Assembly (NCBI GenBank): GCA_029856365.1
Contig: JAHQWW010000048.1
Coordinates: 1-25,407, forward strand
DNA: 25,407 bases
DNA from: Candidatus Hodarchaeota archaeon
GTDB taxonomy: Archaea > Asgardarchaeota > Heimdallarchaeia > Hodarchaeales > Hodarchaeaceae
Direction of reading: 5' to 3'
The notes below the pieces were generated by a model. That model was given only the letters and a program-made list of their open reading frames with translations, made no database searches and had not been told where the DNA came from. Shown piece after piece: positions 1 to 8,693 of the stretch (within the stretch, counting starts at the first letter, position 1; every line of letters begins with the position of its first letter). The position numbers and the translations under genes are program-made.

Positions 1-108
1 GGTTTCGCTATAATATGTCCTGCCTGTGGAAAACGAAACTTTCCTCACAAGAGCGACTTTTGTATTTTTTGTGGAAAAAAACTTCCCAATCAAGCAATAG
101 AGAAATAA
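1..108 (+). CDS. 3' end of a zinc-ribbon domain protein (partial, runs off the window start)
   Basis: Frame +1 reads GFAIICPACGKRNFPHKSDFCIFCGKKLPNQAIEK*, with two CxxCG knuckles. It is not in the ORF track. Confidence 0.75.
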   Translation, partial: GFAIICPACGKRNFPHKSDFCIFCGKKLPNQAIEK

Positions 109-167
109 CACAAAATTGAAGGCACCTGTGTTGCTCATTTTATCACCCCAAACTGGCCACTAAGATC

Positions 168-203
168 GCTGTTCATCCTTGGTTGATTCTAACAGATGAA
201 AGC
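168..203. terminator. Hairpin between convergent genes (possible terminator or 3'-UTR structure)
   Basis: GCTGTTCATC (168-177) pairs with GATGAA-AGC (195-203) with one bulge, and there is an inner GTT/AAC pairing. It lies between the zinc-ribbon stop and the alba stop. Confidence 0.3.
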
Positions 204-319
204 AATATTTAATAGGAAAAAAAAGAAAGCAGTAACCTCCCCAATATTTCTTATAGAGTATCTTCTCTTTTTTGTAGTGCTTAAAACTCAAATACTCTAG
301 TAAATCGAAAATAGAACTA

Positions 320-598
320 CTAGAGCTTGGTGATAGTAATTTCAATTGCACTAACGTTTGATAGATTTCCTTCACGTGTTTCAATTTGTTCAGTATCTAT
401 CTGAATATCTGTAACATCGACACGATCTTTCATAAACCTACGTCTTAGTACTTCAGCAACATCAACAGCTCGGCTGATCGCGCGACCTCGAGCTTTTAGG
501 ACAATTGAGTCGGCGTCACGATTAAACTGTGTCACACATGCCATTACATAAGCAGTTACTGGTTTATTTCCGATGAAAACGGTATTTTCCTCTGCCAT
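320..598 (-). CDS. albA: DNA/RNA-binding chromatin protein Alba
   Basis: [23 protein letters not shown] and NVSAIEITI are diagnostic Alba motifs; 92 aa. Confidence 0.97.
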   Translation of the reverse strand: MAEENTVFIGNKPVTAYVMACVTQFNRDADSIVLKARGRAISRAVDVAEVLRRRFMKDRVDVTDIQIDTEQIETREGNLSNVSAIEITITKL

Positions 599-796
599 AA
601 TTGTTACTCTCCTTGCAATTCTCCTTGTGGTTCAGTGTTTTCCAGTTATGCCTTTGCATCACTTAGATATGATAATTCAATTTTACCTCTCATGTTGAGT
701 TGAAAAATGTTTCTAGGTTTGTGTTTTTACTTGATTACATTTTATTTCTTGAGTACAATCTTATTTTGTCAATAAATTCTAGATAAATAGATTAGA

Positions 797-1444
797 TTAG
801 AGGGGTTCATCTTGAAGACCCGTGAAATATCCCAAAAGATTGGCAGCGATATGCACAATGAATGTTATGGGAACCTGAACCAATAGCCATTCTATATGCC
901 AAGGAATGAGTGGATAAACAAAAATCATGCCAAAGACTAAGAATCCAAGTTGATCTAGAAAAATGAATGGGTGACCTCGCTCTATTCCACTACGTCGTTT
1001 AATGAATGATCCAATTAAATCCCCAATCAGTCCACCAAAGGCCATCAAAAAGCCAGTAAAAAAGCCGAGGAGTAATGAGTTGGAAAAGAATCCTCGAAGA
1101 TTAATCACGGAAAAGAATTGGATTAAAATCCCTGACTCTATAAAATCTTGATAAAATAGTCTTAAAATAAGATCATCGTCTAAATATATCGGAACTGGAA
1201 AAACAGTGTTTAACCAAGTAATAAGACCAGCAATAAGCCCTCCCACAATACCACCACATATGGTTCCACTCCAAAATCCCCGAATAGTCTTTCCATCACC
1301 CAAGATTCTTTTTCCATCGCTCCAATATTTGCCACCATCAATTGGTGGACCTCCACCAAGTATAGTAGGGATAGCATTACCAAACCATAATGGTAAAACA
1401 AATATAGTGCTATCGAGGATCACTTGGATTAATGATTCAGCCAA
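797..1444 (-). CDS. carS: CDP-archaeol synthase (CDP-2,3-bis-O-geranylgeranyl-sn-glycerol synthase)
   Basis: Motifs NAIP..LGGGPPIDGG..W.DGKRILGDGKT.RG, GDLIGSFIKRR.G..RG and LDQL; multiple TM helices; TTG start. Confidence 0.93.
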   Translation of the reverse strand: MAESLIQVILDSTIFVLPLWFGNAIPTILGGGPPIDGGKYWSDGKRILGDGKTIRGFWSGTICGGIVGGLIAGLITWLNTVFPVPIYLDDDLILRLFYQDFIESGILIQFFSVINLRGFFSNSLLLGFFTGFLMAFGGLIGDLIGSFIKRRSGIERGHPFIFLDQLGFLVFGMIFVYPLIPWHIEWLLVQVPITFIVHIAANLLGYFTGLQDEPL

Positions 1445-1674
1445 AGTAACACATCTCTGCTATGTAAGCTGAAACAAGAGTGAATATCCTGAATGTAGAA
1501 AGTAAAATCTTTTTCTGCGTATTTTTCTATTATTCTTTATACCTATTTCAATCTAACGGATTTTCTTAAACATTCTTTTTACTTATTCTAGAATAATATC
1601 AGCAAACATTATCGGTTATTTTTACAAATCTCAAAAAAGTAAGTATTTCTTCCTTTAATATTTCTATAAAATTC

Positions 1675-2211
1675 CTACCCAGCTTTTTTCCTTGGATTAA
1701 TGAATATTAACTCATCCCCACCAATTATTTCCCCCTTGGCTAAATAAAATGTTAAATAAATTTTATCATGGCTAATAATGCTGAATGAATTGGATTCCAC
1801 TGAAATTATTTTCCCTATTAACGTCTTCCAGCAAGAGATAGCTGGATAAGGAATTTTTTCAGGTTTTGCATACAAATGAATTTCATTTACTTGTTCTTCA
1901 TAAAATTCGAAAGGTTGAGATAGGATAGTAAATACTAAATACGGGAATAATGGGTTATTTTCTTGAAATTCCAAGCTTGTACTTTGAATAATCATACGGA
2001 TGTTCCGTTTGTTAATAAAAAGATCGTCTTGATCAATCCAATATTGTAGATTTTCCTGAATTGCTTCTAACTCTCCTTTACTTGCTCCTGTCTTCTGTAA
2101 ATGGAAATAATTCTTTGATGGGTCATAATAATAAAAATATAGGGTTTCTAGAATATGAGTTGGAGATATTTTAAAATATGCCTCCCCAAGAATCGGTTTT
2201 TCTTTACTCAT
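1675..2211 (-). CDS. Hypothetical protein
   Basis: 178-aa ORF with ATG start, divergent from the next gene. No family recognised with confidence. Confidence 0.7.
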   Translation of the reverse strand: MSKEKPILGEAYFKISPTHILETLYFYYYDPSKNYFHLQKTGASKGELEAIQENLQYWIDQDDLFINKRNIRMIIQSTSLEFQENNPLFPYLVFTILSQPFEFYEEQVNEIHLYAKPEKIPYPAISCWKTLIGKIISVESNSFSIISHDKIYLTFYLAKGEIIGGDELIFINPRKKAG

Positions 2212-2309
2212 TACTCATTCGCCTTAATTTCCAGAGAAATATATACTCCAATCTTGAGGCAAATTGAAAATTTATATATTAAATTATTTTCCTCTAGAGT
2301 TGAAATATA

Positions 2310-3371
2310 ATGAAAGTTATGCCATTAGGAAAAGCTCCCTGGTCTTTGCTTGTCGAATTAGTTAAGAAACAGGGATTTAGACATAAAGGGGTATTACAAA
2401 CCGCCGAGGAGGGAGTTGATGTCGCCATCTTGAATCTCCAAACAGTAATTACGGAAGTAAATGATTTCTATAATACCCAAAGTATTCCGTACCTAGTTTA
2501 TAAAGCGGATCCAATCACATTTCCAACTCCAAATCCAGCAAAATACCTAATTACAGTCAATAAAAATGATCTGGCCACAGCTGGAGCTCTTCCTTATGGA
2601 ATTACAATCACAATTTTGCTACCTCCCGATTCTACAGAATCTTCACTCCTAGAACTCCAATCTAATCTTTCTGATATTTGCAATAAACATAAAATCTCCA
2701 TCTTAGGAGGACATACTGAAATCACTCAAGCAACTCAAAACCCGATACTTTCTGCCAGCATGATCGGATTTGTACCTCCAGAATTCTACATTCCTCGTGA
2801 TCCCCAGGTGGGTGATTCGATAATATGCTCAGGCTGGGTTGGAGCAGAAGGCACAGGAATACTATTGGTAGAAGCTGAAGATATCCTTTCGAAACATTTA
2901 GATCCTATCGAATACCAGCACGGCGTAAACATTGGTAGTGACTTAGATATTTCGAATCAAGTCGTTGATTGTAATCGAAAATGGCATGATGAACTTCATC
3001 TAGTTCATGATGCAACAGAAGGAGGAATTTTTGGTGCAATTTATGAATGCTTGGCTCCAAAAGGTTTTGGGAGTGAAATAGTGTCACAAAAAATCCCTCT
3101 TGCAGCTGTAACGAAAAAATTGGCTAAAATTCTAAAAATAAATCCCTATAAATTGTTGGCTTCAGGAGCAGTCCTATTGATTTGCGATCATGAAAAAGCT
3201 CCAGAAATTACTGAATTTTTAAACAAAAAAAATCGGCCTGTTGAGATCATTGGAAGAGTAACAGAAAAAGGGAGTCCAATACGAGTTGATGGTAAGTCTA
3301 TCCATCCACCTGAAGCTGATCATATCATCCGAGGATTAGAACAACTTTCTAGATTGAGAAAAGGCACTTAA
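2310..3371 (+). CDS. AIR synthase-related protein (PurM/HypE/ThiL superfamily)
   Basis: Motifs G.D.A, DPIT, N.NDLATAGA, ILGGHTE, HDATEGG and NPY.LLASG. Substrate unknown. Confidence 0.88.
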   Translation: MKVMPLGKAPWSLLVELVKKQGFRHKGVLQTAEEGVDVAILNLQTVITEVNDFYNTQSIPYLVYKADPITFPTPNPAKYLITVNKNDLATAGALPYGITITILLPPDSTESSLLELQSNLSDICNKHKISILGGHTEITQATQNPILSASMIGFVPPEFYIPRDPQVGDSIICSGWVGAEGTGILLVEAEDILSKHLDPIEYQHGVNIGSDLDISNQVVDCNRKWHDELHLVHDATEGGIFGAIYECLAPKGFGSEIVSQKIPLAAVTKKLAKILKINPYKLLASGAVLLICDHEKAPEITEFLNKKNRPVEIIGRVTEKGSPIRVDGKSIHPPEADHIIRGLEQLSRLRKGT

Positions 3372-4429
3372 TGTTTTGAAACACCCGTATCTATTTGTGT
3401 TATGAATGACTCGCCATAGGTTTGTAATGCATCTCTTATTTTAATTGCACTTTCCTTCTCAGCCGCAAGTGCGAACATACATCCTCCAAAACCAGCACCA
3501 GTGAGTTTAGTTCCTAATGCTCCATTCTCTGTCGCACTTTTACACATAACATCAAGTTTTGGATGGGAAACTTGATAATTTTCTCTTAAATAATATTGTT
3601 GCTTTGTAAGAAGTCTACCGATATAGTACAAATCAATATTCGTTCTCTTCAGTTCTTTGAACGCAGCATCAGTATTTTCACGAATTCCAATAATTCCTTG
3701 TAAGCGTTTTTTATGTAATTGCGGTAGCTTTGCCGATTTAATATCTTCCTCGGTTAACTCATTCAACTTAAGATAGTTAAAATTCTTTAATGCATTAAAT
3801 ATATCCTGTTGAACTTTTTTCAAAGAAATATCTGCATTTCTTTCAACACCTGAGTTACCAATGATGAAATATGGCTTTCTTAAAGCTTGAAGAGATGTAA
3901 TATCAGGTTTTCCCTGTGAAGTCATGTGAAAAATTCCCCCTAAAGAACATGCATATTGATCCATCCTTCCACAAGAGATTCCTAATATGTCATGTTCGCA
4001 AAAATATGCTATTTCCGCAATTGTTTCTGCGTCAGGATTGTGCTTTAATACAATATCTGATATTAGAAGGACCATACTGGTTAGTAGAGCAGCTGAAGAC
4101 GATAATCCAGCCCGAATTGGGATTTTACTGTCGATTATTATTCTAGAAGGGAGAATAAGATTCAATTCCTCCCAGAAATAAAGAAATGCTGCCTTTAGAT
4201 AATCATAAGGAGAGTCAGTGATTTGAGGCTTATGAGAAAAAATGAGCTCTTCAGATTGTCTCATTTGATTACTCTGGAGTTTCACATAAGTTGGTCTCCT
4301 ATGGAGTTGATAATGTAATTTTAACCGCTTATTAATGGCCATTGGAATTACAGGCAGACCTAGATAATCTTGATGTTCACCAAAGAGGCAAATTCTACCA
4401 GGAGAACTAATAAATCCCTTTTTTTGCAT
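3368..4429 (-). CDS. GHMP-family sugar kinase (galactokinase-like)
   Basis: Motifs SPGRICLFGEHQDY, IP.RAGLSSSAA, CG.MDQYA and KLTGAGFGGC. The ATG at 4429 (MQKKG...) is preferred over the track start at 4495. Its stop overlaps the convergent gene's stop in a shared TTAA (3368-3371). Confidence 0.9.
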   Translation of the reverse strand: MQKKGFISSPGRICLFGEHQDYLGLPVIPMAINKRLKLHYQLHRRPTYVKLQSNQMRQSEELIFSHKPQITDSPYDYLKAAFLYFWEELNLILPSRIIIDSKIPIRAGLSSSAALLTSMVLLISDIVLKHNPDAETIAEIAYFCEHDILGISCGRMDQYACSLGGIFHMTSQGKPDITSLQALRKPYFIIGNSGVERNADISLKKVQQDIFNALKNFNYLKLNELTEEDIKSAKLPQLHKKRLQGIIGIRENTDAAFKELKRTNIDLYYIGRLLTKQQYYLRENYQVSHPKLDVMCKSATENGALGTKLTGAGFGGCMFALAAEKESAIKIRDALQTYGESFITQIDTGVSKH

Positions 4430-4595
4430 ATTAAGAAGTAGAATTATCGCACTTAAAATCTCTTTGTCGTCGAAATTAGGATGAGAGGAATGCAAGATAA
4501 TTTTGTTCTAAATTGTCAAACATCTTCTATATTATTTGGAAATTAGTGCCTTCTGAAAATTTAAAAGAAGAATTATATTTTTAATTATTAGGGAA

Positions 4596-4931
4596 ATGTT
4601 ACAAGTCAAAGATCTCTACAACCATCAGATTATAGGTAGAAAACGCTCTGATGACGGTGAAATTGAGTTTAAATTATTAATATTGGCAATGCTGACTGTT
4701 TTTGATCTTGAACTAACAGAAAATCAGATTTACAAAAATATAAGAAGTCTATTCTTTCAACTCAAGCTCCCTGTGAATAAAGGCTTAACATCAAAAATTC
4801 GACTTAGTCTCTCCTCTTTGATTCAAGACAACTTAATTTCACGTCAAAAAGGTAATTATACTATTTCAAAGAAAGGTGAACCTTTAGGTATACGTGTTTT
4901 AAAACATTTCCGTCAAAATTTCGAGAATTAA
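4596..4931 (+). CDS. Small standalone winged helix-turn-helix protein
   Basis: Pattern LLILAML...LTENQIY...IRLSLSSLIQDNLISRQKGNYTISKKG fits three helices plus a wing, ending in a Y.[IL][ST].KG motif. Confidence 0.7.
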   Translation: MLQVKDLYNHQIIGRKRSDDGEIEFKLLILAMLTVFDLELTENQIYKNIRSLFFQLKLPVNKGLTSKIRLSLSSLIQDNLISRQKGNYTISKKGEPLGIRVLKHFRQNFEN

Positions 4932-4996
4932 CCAACCTTGGCTACTCTTCTCCCCCTTTGTTTTAATGAACCATATTTCGTACTCTAAAGAGATGT

Positions 4997-5022
4997 TAAC
5001 GGTTACATAAAACTCACCGTTA
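4997..5022. promoter_or_regulatory. Inverted repeat TAACGGT-N12-ACCGTTA upstream of pcn (candidate operator or terminator)
   Basis: Perfect 7-bp arms at 4997-5003 and 5016-5022 in the wHTH-pcn intergenic region. Confidence 0.35.
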
Positions 5023-5112
5023 TGCTCATATAATCAAACATAAGCCAGATAATTATAGTTATACTGGATATCTATGACTATTATGTCTAATACATAAAAA
5101 GGAGTTAAATCA

Positions 5113-5982
5113 ATGACTCTTAAAATAAAAGTGGAGAATTTAGATTTATTTACGAAAGTACTAAATGCAGCAGCGGCTGTTTTAGAGGATGATGGAACAT
5201 TCCTAATTACTCCCCAAGATGGTATGACTCTTAGAAACATGGATAAGTCACGATTTGCAATGGTTGATCTAAAAATTCAACCTAACTATTTTGGTGAGGA
5301 CTTTGAGTGTGATAAAGAATATCTTATTACTATTCAAATGCAAGACCTTAAGAAAATCCTACAACGTGCCAGAAGAGACGATGTCTTAACTTTGGAATTA
5401 GATGAAGCCAATGGTACTCTCAATTTTCTTTATGAAAGTCATATAAAGAGACGCTTCGTGTTACCTCTCAGTATGGCGGAGGAAAATGTCTTACCTGATC
5501 CCACCTCGCTCAAACTTGATGCCCAAGCCAGACTTAAAGGTGGAGCTTTAACAGAATTCATTAAAGACGCTGCAATTATTGGTGGTAGTATTAAAATTAC
5601 TGCTGATAAGGGAAAATTAAGTTTCAGCAGTTCCCAAGATAAGAAAGAGGTCAAGATAGAACTTGATGTTAGTTCAGACGAGTCTGAAGCGCTTGAAATT
5701 TCAGCTGATACGCTTTCTGAGGCATTATACTCAATAGATACTTTTAAAAATTTGATTTTGGTTGATCAAGCCTTTGCGGTTGTTAATCTTGCTTTTAGTA
5801 CTGACCATCCGTTAAAATTAGTTTATACAAATGATACTGGGATCATATTGGGCTATCTTCTCGCGCCTATGCAACCTGAGGCAGGAGTAGAGGAAGAAGA
5901 AGATGTTGAAGGAGTTTATGCGGATGAAGATTGGGATGAAGATGAAGATGAAGACGAAGATTGGGATGAAGATGAAGAATAG
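5113..5982 (+). CDS. pcn: DNA polymerase sliding clamp PCNA with a long acidic C-terminal extension
   Basis: Motifs G..LRNMDKSRFAMVDL, DLKKIL.RA...D.L.L, ALYS...F, FSTDHPL.L and YLLAP. AAGGAG SD-like site at 5099-5104. Lies next to the RFC genes. Confidence 0.95.
   Translation: MTLKIKVENLDLFTKVLNAAAAVLEDDGTFLITPQDGMTLRNMDKSRFAMVDLKIQPNYFGEDFECDKEYLITIQMQDLKKILQRARRDDVLTLELDEANGTLNFLYESHIKRRFVLPLSMAEENVLPDPTSLKLDAQARLKGGALTEFIKDAAIIGGSIKITADKGKLSFSSSQDKKEVKIELDVSSDESEALEISADTLSEALYSIDTFKNLILVDQAFAVVNLAFSTDHPLKLVYTNDTGIILGYLLAPMQPEAGVEEEEDVEGVYADEDWDEDEDEDEDWDEDEE
5923..5979 (+). repeat. Coding tandem repeat (30-nt period, GATGAA sub-units) encoding DEDWDEDEDE-DEDWDEDEE
   Basis: GATGAAGATTGGGATGAAGATGAAGATGAA followed by GACGAAGATTGGGATGAAGATGAAGAA. 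Confidence 0.85.
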
Positions 5983-6043
5983 AAAAGTACAATGAAAATG
6001 TAAAAGACAATAAATCTACATAGGTGTAAATAAGGGGAATAAA

Positions 6044-7030
6044 TTGGTCAAAATTGAACGGATGTGGACAGAGGCATTTCGACCAAAGACTTTGGATGAA
6101 GTTGTTGGCCAAACAGAAATCGTTGAGCGTTTAAAACAATTTTCAAAACGGGTCGATTTTCCCCATATGCTCTTCTCAGGCCCCGCAGGAGTGGGTAAAA
6201 CAACCTGTGCTGAGGCAATTGTGAACGAAATTTATCCTCCTAATGAACGTAGTAGTAACGTAAAACGCCTAAATGCATCTGATGATCGTGGAATTAATGT
6301 AGTTCGTCAAGACATAAAAAATTTTGCTAGAATTATTCCATCAGGATCCTCTAGTTACAAAATAATCATTCTAGATGAAGCTGATCAAATGACTAGCGAT
6401 GCTCAACATGCGATGCGTCAAACAATGGAACGGTATAATGAAATCACCCGTTTTATTCTTATCTGCAATTATAGTTCTAGAATAATTAGTCCAATTCAAT
6501 CACGATGTGCCATTTTTCGATTCAGTGGGCTTAATATTGATGAAATAAAGTTACGACTTCAGTATATTGCTGAAAGAAAGCAATTACAAATAGATGAAGA
6601 AGCATTAGATGCGTTATATGAAAGCTCCGAGGGTGATCTCCGCCAAGCAATTAATGCTCTGCAAGCTTCTGCTTCTCTTACTTCTGATATCACTGTTGAT
6701 GTAGTTTACCAAGTTCAGGGTTATGTAAAACCAACAGAAGTAAGGGCTGCTCTAATGGAGTGTTTAGAACCTCGCCCAGATTTTTCAGCTGCTAGAAAGC
6801 GTATTCAAGTTTTAATGGAATCTTATGGACTTTCTGGACAGGATCTTGTAAAACATCTTAATAGAGAGCTAAATCGGATATCTGATGGTGATATACCCGA
6901 ATCTGTCAGGTTTGCAGCTCTTTCTATGCTTTCTGAAGTGGATTACCGAATTGCTACTGGTTCTAATCCCCAAATTCAATTGGATGCATTCCTAGCAAAA
7001 ATGATCTCAATTGCACAAAAACAGAGGTAG
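6044..7030 (+). CDS. rfcS: Replication factor C small subunit
   Basis: W.E..RPKTLDEVVGQ, Walker A GPAGVGKTT, LNASDDRGI, Walker B ILDEAD and the SRC motif IQSRC. No intein. TTG start. Confidence 0.97.
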   Translation: MVKIERMWTEAFRPKTLDEVVGQTEIVERLKQFSKRVDFPHMLFSGPAGVGKTTCAEAIVNEIYPPNERSSNVKRLNASDDRGINVVRQDIKNFARIIPSGSSSYKIIILDEADQMTSDAQHAMRQTMERYNEITRFILICNYSSRIISPIQSRCAIFRFSGLNIDEIKLRLQYIAERKQLQIDEEALDALYESSEGDLRQAINALQASASLTSDITVDVVYQVQGYVKPTEVRAALMECLEPRPDFSAARKRIQVLMESYGLSGQDLVKHLNRELNRISDGDIPESVRFAALSMLSEVDYRIATGSNPQIQLDAFLAKMISIAQKQR

Positions 7031-7035
7031 AATTC

Positions 7036-8670
7036 TTGGGCTCAGCTTGGGTTCAGAAATATGCACCAAGACGTCGTTCGGAAGTGGTTGGCAATAAAGA
7101 AAGCGTTAACTCTATTATTGCTTATTTAAACCGATTTCGCAATCCAAAATTGAGATCTAAACTTGTTAAAAAAGCAATTTTATTATATGGTCCTCCTGGA
7201 ATTGGGAAAACGAGCTCTGTTTTAGCGATAGCAAAAGGATTGAATTTTGATGTTGTAATAGTCAACGCTAGTGACAATAGGAATAAAAATTCCCTTCAAA
7301 GTGTTCGTAATGCATCAATTTTCAGTTCTCTTAAGGAAAACTTGGATTCAAAAGTTGTTGGTCAAATTCTTTTAATTGATGAAGTAGATGGACTGAGTGG
7401 ATCTGCAGATAGAGGAGGATTGAGAGAAATCGTGTATATAATAAATTCGACTAGGGTTCCTCTGATTTTAACGGCCAATGATGTTTCCCCACAGAAATTT
7501 AAAACCCTCAGGAAACACTGTGAGCTATATGAATTCAAACCTCCCCGAGTTGAAGAAATCCTTGAAATTTTATACCGAATTATTGAAGCAGAATCAGTTT
7601 CTGTATCTGAAACAATTCTGCGTAAATTAATTGAAATGAGCCAAAATGATATCCGTGGTTCGATTAATTCACTTCAAATATTAGCCAGTGGGAAAAAGAA
7701 AATTGTTAGCGATGACCTTAATATAATCTCTTATAGAGATACGACTATTGATATTCGTGAATTTTTCAAGACATTATTTATTGAAGCTGATGGAGAGAAG
7801 GCTTACCAACAAACTCGTTTGCTAAGTGATGTCGATTATAGTAAACTCCTCCTTCTTCTTCGTGATTTCTCAATTTATTTTCTACCCAAAGACGATTATG
7901 ATAAAATAACTCAAGTTTATGATGTGTTAGCGAGAGCTGATGTAGCGTTAACTCGTTCTCAAAGCAAAATGATTTGGTCACAGCTGGCATATTTTTACAG
8001 TTTTTGTACCAAAGAACTAGCTAGCATTATTACCCCAGTTAGTAAATTTCCTTCCTTTCCAGATTGGCAGTTACAGGTGCCGTCATATTGGATAACACTT
8101 TCTAGACAAAAAAAAGGGAGGAGAATTGCTACTAAGGTTGGTCGTGTTTGCCAAGTCTCATCTCAGAGTGCAATCAACTTCTTCCTTCCCTATCTGCGTT
8201 TTATTTTTCAATATAATCCAGAATTGGCAGCAGAATTAGCAATCGAGTTTCAATTCTTCGATATTGAACCTGGAAAACGAAAAACTAAGATCATCTGGAA
8301 TGGTGAAATCGATTACTTTGTAAAACGTAAAGATGTGAACCGGTTAATCAAAAAAAGGATTCGAGAACTTTATCCTCAACTAGAGCGTATTCGAGAACGA
8401 GAGATTAATACACAAACATTAGAACAGATTAGGGAACAACAAAGGTTGATGAGGTTAGAAGCTCAAAAAAGAAAAAGGGACGTCTCAAAAGATATATTGA
8501 AAACTACAAACAAGATCGAATCTACCCCAAAGATTGTGAAATCAAAGAATAAGAAAACAAGAGAAATAAAAAAGAAAAAGAAAACTAAAAAACCTCAAGT
8601 TAAGACGGATTCACCCCAAGAAAAAAGAAAAAAACCTTCTTCTGAAAAAACTTTAACTGATTTTTTATAA
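7036..8670 (+). CDS. rfcL: Replication factor C large subunit
   Basis: WVQKYAP, GPPGIGKTS, NASD.R and IDEVDG; no SRC arginine finger; C-terminal PIP-box-like EKTLTDFL. Starts 5 nt after rfcS. Confidence 0.94.
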   Translation: MGSAWVQKYAPRRRSEVVGNKESVNSIIAYLNRFRNPKLRSKLVKKAILLYGPPGIGKTSSVLAIAKGLNFDVVIVNASDNRNKNSLQSVRNASIFSSLKENLDSKVVGQILLIDEVDGLSGSADRGGLREIVYIINSTRVPLILTANDVSPQKFKTLRKHCELYEFKPPRVEEILEILYRIIEAESVSVSETILRKLIEMSQNDIRGSINSLQILASGKKKIVSDDLNIISYRDTTIDIREFFKTLFIEADGEKAYQQTRLLSDVDYSKLLLLLRDFSIYFLPKDDYDKITQVYDVLARADVALTRSQSKMIWSQLAYFYSFCTKELASIITPVSKFPSFPDWQLQVPSYWITLSRQKKGRRIATKVGRVCQVSSQSAINFFLPYLRFIFQYNPELAAELAIEFQFFDIEPGKRKTKIIWNGEIDYFVKRKDVNRLIKKRIRELYPQLERIREREINTQTLEQIREQQRLMRLEAQKRKRDVSKDILKTTNKIESTPKIVKSKNKKTREIKKKKKTKKPQVKTDSPQEKRKKPSSEKTLTDFL

Positions 8671-8693
8671 CTTAATTTTGTCCAGTTGGAGGG

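Noticed and set aside
125-203. Possible SECIS-like element (ATGA...GA) downstream of alba on the minus strand
   Set aside because: There is no convincing helix II or apical AA loop, and I found no in-frame UGA selenoprotein candidate nearby.
254-299. TAGAGTAT / ATACTCTA 8-bp inverted repeat with a 30-nt spacer
   Set aside because: It is single, AT-rich and has no target-site duplication or second copy, so it is insufficient for a MITE or operator call.
160-384. 74-aa minus-strand ORF overlapping the alba 3' end
   Set aside because: It overlaps alba out of frame, runs through low-complexity intergenic DNA and has no motif.
2310-3371. Calling the PurM-like gene selD, hypE or thiL
   Set aside because: It lacks the SelD N-terminal Cys/Sec-x-x-Lys motif and the HypE C-terminal PRIC, and there is no specific support for ThiL.
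5923-5979. Repeat considered as a CRISPR or other non-coding array
   Set aside because: It has no spacers, is in-frame coding sequence, and there are no cas genes.
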